From NCBI GenBank assembly GCA_017459445.1, contig JAFUDJ010000021.1, positions 19,363-83,362 on the forward strand: 64,000 bases of DNA. Direction: 5' to 3'. Source of the DNA: Prevotella sp. Its GTDB lineage: Bacteria; Bacteroidota; Bacteroidia; Bacteroidales; Bacteroidaceae. Positions 46,411 to 54,138 of the stretch are shown piece by piece; within the stretch, counting starts at the first letter, position 1; every line of letters starts with the position of its first letter. Both the position numbers and the translations under genes were made by a program. The notes below the pieces were generated by a model. It did no database searches and had not been told where the DNA came from. It saw nothing but the letters and a program-made list of their open reading frames with translations.

Positions 46411-47768
46411 AAGGTGAAAAGGTGACAACGAAACCGACGATTGACTTTATAACGCTGGGTTGCTCAAAGAATCTGGTGGACTCGGAGAGGCTGATGGGTC
46501 TCTTCGAGGCGCACGGCTATCATGTGACCCACGACACGGAGCAGCCTCAGGACGGTGACTCCCTGCCGGAAGGCCGAAGCGGGGCACGCATTGCCGTGGT
46601 GAACACGTGCGGCTTCATAGAGGATGCCAAGCAGGAAAGCATTGACACCATCCTGGAACTGGCGCAGGAAAAGACGGCCGGACGGCTAAAGGGACTTTAC
46701 GTGATGGGATGTCTCTCGGAGCGCTATCTGGCTGATTTGGAAGCGGAGATTCCGGAGGTGGACGGATGGTATGGCAAATTCAACTACCAGCAGCTGTTAC
46801 ACGACTTGGAAGCCGCAGCCGCTGCCTCATGCGCCAAGCAGGATGCCCCGTTCAGGAAACTCACCACCCCTCGCCACTACGCTTACTTGAAGATAGCCGA
46901 AGGCTGCGACCGCCACTGCGCCTATTGTGCCATCCCCATCATTACGGGCCGCCACCGCAGCCGTCCGATGCAGGAAATACTCGACGAGGTGCGCTGGCTG
47001 GTGTCGCAGGGTGTCAGGGAGCTGCAGGTTATTGCGCAGGAGCTGACCTATTATGGCGTGGACATTGACGGCAAGCAGCATATTGCCGAGTTGGTGGAAC
47101 GCATGGCAGACATCGAGGGCGTGGAGTGGATACGTCTGCACTATGCCTATCCGGCCCACTTCCCGTGGGACCTGCTCCGTGTGATGCGGGAGCGGAAGAA
47201 CGTCTGCAACTATCTCGACATTGCCTTGCAGCACATCAGCGACCCTGTGCTCAGCCGCATGCAGCGCCATGTGACGAAGGCGGAAACCTACGAGCTGATA
47301 CAACGGATGCGCCGCGAAGTGCCCGGCATCCATATCCGTACTACGCTGATGGTCGGATTCCCCGGCGAGACGGACGAAGACTTCCACGAACTGCTGGAGT
47401 TTACGAAGTGGGCACGCTTTGAGCGCATGGGGGCCTTTGCCTATAGCGAAGAGGACGGCACCTATAGTGCACAGCACTATCAGGACGATGTCCCGGCCGT
47501 TGTGAAGCAGGCACGCCTTGACCGGCTGATGCGTGTGCAGCAAAGCATCAGTGCCGAGATAGAGGCGGCGAAGATAGGACAGACGCTGCGCGTCGTCATT
47601 GACCGTCGGGAGGGCGACTGGTACGTGGGCCGTTCGGAGTTTTGTTCGCCGGAGGTAGACCCGGAAGTGCTGATTCCTGCTGACGAGGATTTGACTATCG
47701 GCAGGTTCTACGATGCCCGTGTCACAGACGCAGAAGAATTTGACTTATACGCCACAACAAAAATATGA
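46407..47768 (+). CDS. rimO: ribosomal protein S12 methylthiotransferase
   Basis: LGCSKNLVDSE, NTCGFI, AEGCDRHCAYCAIP and a TRAM domain. Confidence 0.95.
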   Translation: MKGEKVTTKPTIDFITLGCSKNLVDSERLMGLFEAHGYHVTHDTEQPQDGDSLPEGRSGARIAVVNTCGFIEDAKQESIDTILELAQEKTAGRLKGLYVMGCLSERYLADLEAEIPEVDGWYGKFNYQQLLHDLEAAAAASCAKQDAPFRKLTTPRHYAYLKIAEGCDRHCAYCAIPIITGRHRSRPMQEILDEVRWLVSQGVRELQVIAQELTYYGVDIDGKQHIAELVERMADIEGVEWIRLHYAYPAHFPWDLLRVMRERKNVCNYLDIALQHISDPVLSRMQRHVTKAETYELIQRMRREVPGIHIRTTLMVGFPGETDEDFHELLEFTKWARFERMGAFAYSEEDGTYSAQHYQDDVPAVVKQARLDRLMRVQQSISAEIEAAKIGQTLRVVIDRREGDWYVGRSEFCSPEVDPEVLIPADEDLTIGRFYDARVTDAEEFDLYATTKI

Positions 47769-48046
47769 ATAATAAAGAGTTTATTGCCGAATTGGCCGAG
47801 CGGACCGGCTACACCGCCAAGGACACCCAGAAGCTGGCCAACAACCTGATTGACGCCATGGGCGATGCCTTTCAGGAGGATAACGCCGTGCTGGTGCCTA
47901 ACTTCGGCGTCTTTGAGACGAAGAAGAAGATGGAGCGCATCATGGTGAATCCGTCGACGGGCCAGCGCATGCTCGTTCCGCCGAAGCTGGTGCTGGGCTT
48001 CAAGCCTAACCAGACGTGGAAGGACAAACTGAAGGGAGGACAGTAG
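47765..48046 (+). CDS. HU family DNA-binding protein
   Basis: MNNKEFIAELA, FGVFE and NPSTG...FKP. Confidence 0.92.
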   Translation: MNNKEFIAELAERTGYTAKDTQKLANNLIDAMGDAFQEDNAVLVPNFGVFETKKKMERIMVNPSTGQRMLVPPKLVLGFKPNQTWKDKLKGGQ

Positions 48047-48048
48047 CC

Positions 48049-49296
48049 ATGGGGAAGTTGTCAATACAGGAAGTAGCCAGGATACTGGTCGACAAGAACG
48101 GTCTGGAACAGCGCGAGGCTAACCGCTTCGCCACCGAGTTCTTTGCCATTATCCTGCAGTGTCTGCAACAGGGCGAGCAGGTGAAGGTGAAAGGCTTGGG
48201 CACGTTTAAGATTATCAATGTCGAGGCCCGCGAGAGCGTCAGTGTGCGTACCGGTGAGCGTGTCGTCATCGACAGCCACGCCAAGGTGTCGTTTACGCCG
48301 GATAACGTGATGCGCGAGCTGGTGAACAAGCCGTTCTCGCAGTTTGAAACCGTCGTGCTTAACGAAGGCGTCGAGTTCGACGATATGAAGGACATGAAGG
48401 ATGAAAAGGACGAGGAGGCTGACGACGACGAAGCCCGGGGCGCAGAAAGCACCCCCTTGGTGGAGGAGAAACCGCCTCATGAAGAACCTGCTGATGAAGA
48501 ACCTGCAGAAGAAGAACCTGCCGATGTAGAACCTGCCGTGGAACAGCCTGCAGTGTTGCCGCAAGAAGCTCCGTTAGCGACATTCCCAGCCGCCGATGAA
48601 GACGAACCGGTAGCTGAAGACGAACCGGTAGCTGAAGACGAACCGGTAGCAGAAGAAGAACCGGTAGCAGAAGAAGAACCAGTCGCCGAAGACGAACCGG
48701 CTGATGATGACAGCGATGATGACAACCGCAGACGCTCATGGATAGGCTGGCTGGCGGCATGCGTGCTCGTGGCTGCCCTGCTGGCGGCAGCGGCCTATGG
48801 CGGCTATGAGTATGGCCGAAGCGGGCAGATGGCTGTGGCAGACACCATTGTCGTGGTGGACACGGTGTATATGGCAGAGCTGGAAACTGACTCCTTGGCT
48901 GAGGAAGACCCCACGGTGGCAGCACTGCTGGCCGAGGCAAGCGAGGAGCCGGAGACGGAGACGCCACCGGCACCCGCTAAGGAGACGGCGACGCCACCGG
49001 CACCCGCCAAGGAGACGGCGGCACCACCGGCAACTGCCAAGGAGACGGCGGCATGGGATAAGTATGAGCAGAAGGATGCACGCCTCCGCTACGGTGCCTA
49101 CCGCATCGTTGGGACGGAGCGCGAAGTGACGGTGCAGGCCGGACAGACGTTCTTACGGCTCTGTCGTGCCTATCTCGGACCGGATATGGAATGCTACGTG
49201 GAGGCCTATAACGACCTGCCCCCAAAGCCGATGCTGAAGGAAGGACAGGTCATCAAGATTCCCAAACTGCAACTGAAGAAGAAACTACGTCGATAA
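48049..49296 (+). CDS. HU-domain protein with an acidic linker, a TM helix and a C-terminal LysM-like domain
   Basis: VKVKGLGTFK...KVSFTPD...VNKPFSQFE; TM helix WIGWLAACVLVAALLAAAAYGGY; TVQAGQTF...YN...LKEGQVIKIP. Confidence 0.85.
   Translation: MGKLSIQEVARILVDKNGLEQREANRFATEFFAIILQCLQQGEQVKVKGLGTFKIINVEARESVSVRTGERVVIDSHAKVSFTPDNVMRELVNKPFSQFETVVLNEGVEFDDMKDMKDEKDEEADDDEARGAESTPLVEEKPPHEEPADEEPAEEEPADVEPAVEQPAVLPQEAPLATFPAADEDEPVAEDEPVAEDEPVAEEEPVAEEEPVAEDEPADDDSDDDNRRRSWIGWLAACVLVAALLAAAAYGGYEYGRSGQMAVADTIVVVDTVYMAELETDSLAEEDPTVAALLAEASEEPETETPPAPAKETATPPAPAKETAAPPATAKETAAWDKYEQKDARLRYGAYRIVGTEREVTVQAGQTFLRLCRAYLGPDMECYVEAYNDLPPKPMLKEGQVIKIPKLQLKKKLRR
48598..49052 (+). repeat. coding tandem repeats: 18-bp (EDEPVA) x about 6 and 30-bp (ETATPPAPAK) x about 3
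   Basis: gaagacgaaccggtagct repeats at about 48598-48700; gagacggcgacgccaccggcacccgccaag repeats at about 48952-49052. Confidence 0.85.
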
Positions 49297-49299
49297 GTC

Positions 49300-50433
49300 A
49301 TGCTGACAGACACACCGGTATATATTATTGAAGAGGAACGGCTGCGCCGTAACCTGAAGCTGATAAGCGACGTGGCACGCCGCACAGACTCGGAGTGGAT
49401 ACTGGCTTTCAAGGCCTTTGCACTATGGAAGACGTTCTCCGTCTTCCGCGAATATATCCGTTCCACGACGGCCAGCTCGCTGTCGGAGGCACGGCTGGCC
49501 TTGGAGGAGTTCGGCGCCAAGGCGCACACCTACTCGCCGGCCTATAAGGATGAGGAGTTCGGCGACATCGTGCGCTGTTCGTCGCATCTGACCTTCAATT
49601 CCCTGTCGCAGTACGAGCGCTTTCACGACAGGGCAGGGGAGTGCTCGTTAGGACTGCGCGTGAATCCGGAGTATTCCGAGGTGGGCACCCTCTTGTATAA
49701 TCCCTGTGCGCCGGGTACGCGCTTCGGCGTTACTGCCGACAAGCTGCCCGATGAACTGCCGCACGACATTCGCGGCTTCCATTGCCACTGCCATTGTGAG
49801 AGTGGGGCCGATGTCTTTATGCGTACGCTGGAACACATCGAGCGGAAGTTCTCGCGCTGGTTCCCGCAGTTGGAGTGGATTAACTTCGGCGGCGGCCATC
49901 TGGTCACCCGCAAGGATTACGACATCGACCTGCTGGTGCAGCTCATGCACGGCTTCCACCAGCGCTATCCCCACCTGCGTGTCATCTTCGAGCCCGGCAG
50001 TGCCTTTGCCTGGCAGACGGGACCGTTGGTGTCGCAGGTCGTCGACGTGGTGGAGGACAAGGGCATCCGCACGGCTGTCCTGGATGTGAGCTTTACCTGC
50101 CACATGCCTGACTGCCTTGAGATGCCCTATATGCCCGAGGTCAGGGGGGCGGTGGCCTGCGAGTCCGGTGAGCCGTCAGCGCCCCGTGGCTTCCTTTACC
50201 GCCTTGGCGGTAACAGCTGTCTGAGCGGCGACTTCATGGGCTTCTGGCGTTTCGACCATGAACTGCAGGTTGGCGAACAGGTCATCTTTGAGGACATGAT
50301 GCACTATACCACCGTCAAGACCAATACCTTCAACGGCATCACCCACCCCTCCATCGCCATGCTTCATACCGACGGCTCGCTGGAACTTTTGCGGCGCTTT
50401 ACCTATGAAGACTATCGCGACCGTATGGACTGA
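49300..50433 (+). CDS. nspC: carboxynorspermidine decarboxylase
   Basis: LAFKAF, GLRVNPE, YNPCAPGTRFG, INFGGGH, CHMPDCLEMPY and HYTTVKTNTFNG. Confidence 0.95.
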   Translation: MLTDTPVYIIEEERLRRNLKLISDVARRTDSEWILAFKAFALWKTFSVFREYIRSTTASSLSEARLALEEFGAKAHTYSPAYKDEEFGDIVRCSSHLTFNSLSQYERFHDRAGECSLGLRVNPEYSEVGTLLYNPCAPGTRFGVTADKLPDELPHDIRGFHCHCHCESGADVFMRTLEHIERKFSRWFPQLEWINFGGGHLVTRKDYDIDLLVQLMHGFHQRYPHLRVIFEPGSAFAWQTGPLVSQVVDVVEDKGIRTAVLDVSFTCHMPDCLEMPYMPEVRGAVACESGEPSAPRGFLYRLGGNSCLSGDFMGFWRFDHELQVGEQVIFEDMMHYTTVKTNTFNGITHPSIAMLHTDGSLELLRRFTYEDYRDRMD

Positions 50434-50623
50434 CTGTTTATTGTATATAAAGGTATAAAGTTAACGTTTTTTTGGGTTTTATTGGTCTAAATGGTCAAAA
50501 AATACACTTTTATTTGCGCTTTTTGCTGAAAACGTTTGGCGATTAAGATTTTTTTTTGTTACTTTGCACCCGTTTAGAGATAGAAGATTTTTTATTTTTA
50601 TAATTAAACTTTTAAAAAACAAG

Positions 50624-51814
50624 ATGAAAAAGTTATTTTTAATGCTTGCTGCAGCTACATTTGCAGCTAACGTGTCTGCTCAGACCGTAGAGGAGAGCAA
50701 GACATTCTTTGACAACTGGTACATTGGCGTGAACGCTGGCGTTAGTGCACCTTCTACCGGCTACAAGGTTTTTAAGAACATTTCCCTTCCTGAGGCCAGC
50801 CTCCGCATTGGTCGTTGGATTACTCCTGTATTCGGTTTCGCAGCTGAGGGAACTGTTAACTTCGGTAACAAGCCTGAGATAAGCATGTATGATAAGGTAA
50901 AGGGTCAGTGGTATGACAACAAGACCGCTGTGAACAACCTGCGCGTCAGCTTGCTCGGTACTACTAACTTCAGCAACTGGTTTGCTGGTTATAAGGGTGA
51001 GCCTCGCACCATCGAGTTCATCGGTGTTTATGGACTGGGTTGGCAGCATGTATTCGGTGGCTACAAGAAGAAGGATGGTTACAAGTGCAACTTCTGGGCT
51101 GCTAAGTTAGGTATGGATATCGCTTTCAACCTTGGCGCTGCTAAGGCTTGGCAGGTTTATCTGGAGCCCAACATCGTTTACAACCTGGAGACCAACCACG
51201 GTGTACAGTTCGACTTCCGTCAGTCTATGTTCGGTGTTAACGTTGGTGTGAACTACAAGTTCGGCAACAGCAACGGCACTCACAACTTCAAGATTGCCCA
51301 GCTCCGCGACCAGGCTGAGATTGACGGTCTGAACGCTCAGATTAACCAGCTCCGTTCGGAGAGCGCAAGCAAGGACAGCAAGATTGCTGCTGACGCTCGC
51401 ACCATTCAGGACCTGCAGAACCAGCTCAACGCTTGCCGCAACCAGCCGAAGCCGACTGCCGCTGTTGCTGCTGTTAAGGAGAATGTTGCCCTGCAGCCCA
51501 TCGTTATCTTCCGTCAGGGTAAGAGCACTATCGATGCCGCTCAGTATGCTAACATCGAGATGGTTGCCAAGTACATGAAGAACCACAAGGATGCCAAGCT
51601 GCTCGTTAAGGGTTATGCTTCTCCCGAGGGAACCAAGGAAATCAACCAGAAGCTCTCTGAGCAGCGCGCTATTGCTGTGAAGAACGCTCTCGTTAAGAAG
51701 TACAAGATTGCTGCTGACCGCATTGAGACCAAGGGCTTCGGTGCTACCAGCGAGCTCTCTGAGGAGAACGACTTCAACCGCGTTGCTATGTTCTTCGACA
51801 CCAACAACAAGTAA
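50624..51814 (+). CDS. OmpA family outer membrane protein
   Basis: Signal peptide, beta-barrel, coiled coil and GYASPEG..EIN.KLSEQRA..VK; codon bias typical of high expression. Confidence 0.92.
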   Translation: MKKLFLMLAAATFAANVSAQTVEESKTFFDNWYIGVNAGVSAPSTGYKVFKNISLPEASLRIGRWITPVFGFAAEGTVNFGNKPEISMYDKVKGQWYDNKTAVNNLRVSLLGTTNFSNWFAGYKGEPRTIEFIGVYGLGWQHVFGGYKKKDGYKCNFWAAKLGMDIAFNLGAAKAWQVYLEPNIVYNLETNHGVQFDFRQSMFGVNVGVNYKFGNSNGTHNFKIAQLRDQAEIDGLNAQINQLRSESASKDSKIAADARTIQDLQNQLNACRNQPKPTAAVAAVKENVALQPIVIFRQGKSTIDAAQYANIEMVAKYMKNHKDAKLLVKGYASPEGTKEINQKLSEQRAIAVKNALVKKYKIAADRIETKGFGATSELSEENDFNRVAMFFDTNNK

Positions 51815-51841
51815 TCGAAGACTGCAATAAGTCTACAATCC

Positions 51842-51886
51842 AAGCAGGAGGAAAACCAGCCGGTTTTCCTCCTGCTTTGTTTTTTT
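51842..51886 (+). terminator. rho-independent terminator
   Basis: aagcaggaggaaaacc-agcc-ggttttcctcctgctt followed by a T-run. Confidence 0.9.
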
Positions 51887-51960
51887 GTCCTGTCAGCTGT
51901 TGAGCCTTGCTTTTCGTCGTGAGTGTCTTCATGTCATTTTTTGTCCGATTTTTATCAAAA

Positions 51961-52456
51961 GATGTGCACGTCATTTTTTCTTCCATTGAAAAAAATCTCA
52001 AAAAGTGGCTCAAGCCTACACTACTCGACTTATTGTGCTTATTTTCAGATGATTAAGTAGTGTAGGCTGCCTACACTTTCTATGGGCAAGCCTACACTAA
52101 ACGGTCGTTTTGAGATGACAAAACAGCGGAAATGCCTGGTAACAATAGGGGTTACTGACAGTAACCATGGCAGATACTGTCAGTAACCATGGCGGTTACG
52201 AGCAGTAACCATGGTGGTTACTGCAATTTTTCAAGATAAAAGTCTGCTGGAGGTGGTATAAAAGTGTGCGGAAAGGAAAATAAAAAATGTCATGATTATT
52301 CTTAATTTTCCGATTTTGTGTAGGCTTGCCCCTTAAAAGTGAAGGCAGCCTACACTGCTTAACCTGCTGAAACTAAGCGCAATAAGTCGAGTAGTGTAGG
52401 CTTGAGCCACTTTTTGAGTTTTTTTTTCATTAGAATAAAAAAATAACGTGCACATC
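51961..52456. repeat. non-coding element with about 137-bp inverted arms and a central 22-bp tandem repeat (MITE-like)
   Basis: Arms at 51961-52097 and 52318-52456 are reverse complements; cagtaaccatgg at 52159, 52181 and 52203. Confidence 0.85.
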
Positions 52457-52556
52457 ATTTTCGCCTTAATATTATTAAAAAGGTGGGGAGATTGAACAAT
52501 AAATCTGAAAAAAATTGTATCTTTGCACCGAAATTTAGCTCAAATACGTATTTATT

Positions 52557-52709
52557 ATGGCAAGACCTATCAAAGAAACCCCCATCCTCTACGGTGAGGA
52601 TGCCCGCCGCTTCGAAGCGCGGATGAAGGAACGCCGTCGCATTTCGCCCGAGGAAAGGGCAGAGATGAATACCATTTATAAAACGATAATGGCAACGGCA
52701 AACTTCTGA
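52557..52709 (+). CDS. 50-aa putative antitoxin (below the ORF-track cutoff)
   Basis: MARPIKETPILYGEDARRFEARMKERRRISPEERAEMNTIYKTIMATANF; TATCTTTG promoter at about 52518; ends 4 bp before the GNAT gene. Confidence 0.7.
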   Translation: MARPIKETPILYGEDARRFEARMKERRRISPEERAEMNTIYKTIMATANF

Positions 52710-52713
52710 GGAT

Positions 52714-53268
52714 ATGACGAAACAGGAAGTTGCAGCCCGATTTGACATCTACAAGTTGGGCGAGAATGAGCGGGTGGAATCGTTTGACTGCGGTGACGCA
52801 GACCTGAACGATTTCATCCTCAATGATGCCCTGCCTTACCGCAAAGAGAAACTGGCCGTCACTTACACCTATGTCGAAAAGGGCAATCCTGACAACGTTG
52901 CAGCCTTCTTCTGTCTCTCCAATGACCGTATATCTTTGGCCGATTTCGACAATAAGACCAAGTATAACAAGTTCAGCCGCCGTTTCAACAACCGCAAACG
53001 TCTGAAGAGTTATCCTGCCGTGAAGATAGGGCGTTTTGCAGTATCCGTGTCGATGAAGGGAATGAGCATCGGGAGCATCCTGCTCACTTTCATCAAGCGC
53101 TATTTCACCGCCGACAACAAGACAGGCTGCCGCTTCCTCACCGTTGATGCATACGCCGCTGCCATTCCTTTCTATCTCAAGAACGGCTTTGTTCCCCTCA
53201 ACGATGAGGATGCCGACGAGCCTACCCGCTTGCTATACTTTGACCTCAACGATTTGGACGAAGAATAA
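52714..53268 (+). CDS. GNAT acetyltransferase, AtaT/TacT-like toxin
   Basis: FDCGDADLNDF, YPAVKIGRFAV, G..IGS.LL, GCRFLTVDA and FYLKNGF. Confidence 0.88.
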   Translation: MTKQEVAARFDIYKLGENERVESFDCGDADLNDFILNDALPYRKEKLAVTYTYVEKGNPDNVAAFFCLSNDRISLADFDNKTKYNKFSRRFNNRKRLKSYPAVKIGRFAVSVSMKGMSIGSILLTFIKRYFTADNKTGCRFLTVDAYAAAIPFYLKNGFVPLNDEDADEPTRLLYFDLNDLDEE

Positions 53269-53537
53269 TTTCCCCCCCAGCGCTATGCAGAAAGTGTGTG
53301 AGACGATAGGATTATTTAACGGGCAATATTTGGCAGTGTCAGATATTCCTAATATTACTACCCCCCCACGCGCTCGGTTAGCGCTACTGGCGTAGACTAC
53401 ATTATTAAATGCGCGGGCTTCCGCGCGTTAATATACGGCTTTTCTTGCACCGAAGGTCAAGGGAGGCCGCATCATTTTTTACTCCCGTACAGGCAATGAA
53501 TTCCAAAAATAAAAGTCAAATATAAAACCAAATGATT

Positions 53538-53618
53538 ATGAAGAAAAAAGACTACAGGAAACCGACGATGCAGGTCGTCAAGTTAGAACAGAAGACGCAA
53601 CTGCTGCAGGCCAGCTAA
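53538..53618 (+). CDS. 26-aa MKKxxYxxP peptide (possibly truncated)
   Basis: MKKKDYRKPTMQVVKLEQKTQLLQAS*; AT-rich leader upstream. Confidence 0.55.
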   Translation: MKKKDYRKPTMQVVKLEQKTQLLQAS

Positions 53619-53632
53619 CAGACATCCGCACC

Positions 53633-54138
53633 ATGGCCGCCGTGCTCATGGCATCGGCCACGCTCGCTGCCTGCTCCAGCGACGACAACATCATCGACGA
53701 GCAGCCCGTGCAGCCCACGGGGCCTTCATATTGTACTTTGGCAGCAATACGGGCGACGACGAATACAAGCACGGCCTGGCCATCGCGTGGGAAGACGAAA
53801 ACGGTGGCGCCACGATGACCTTTGAGGCTGCCAAGGAAGCCATTGCTGCCAAGACCGCCGTCCCGGGAGGCAAGTGGAAGTTGCTCGAAAGTAAACCGTG
53901 GAGAGAGATATTCGTAGCATGCGGCCAACTTGACGGATGTGGAGGATCAGGCAACATGAACAAGTGGATTGGCGAAGTTGGAGGCCAACAATTTGTAAAG
54001 GGTGATTATTACTGGGCGGCAACGCCCGAAAATTCCGGAAACCCCGCCGCCGCGCAGCGCGCCGCGCCAAACCGTGACGCGACTGCCGGCGACGAAGGTC
54101 AGACCCTCACTTTGTCGTCTGGATGGTCAGCGTTGTAG
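53633..54138 (+). pseudogene. fragmented lipoprotein gene (fimbrillin-like N-terminus)
   Basis: Lipobox LAACSSDD at 53633 ends early; a second frame (53731-54138) continues with WKL...GG...YYW-type sequence. Confidence 0.5.
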
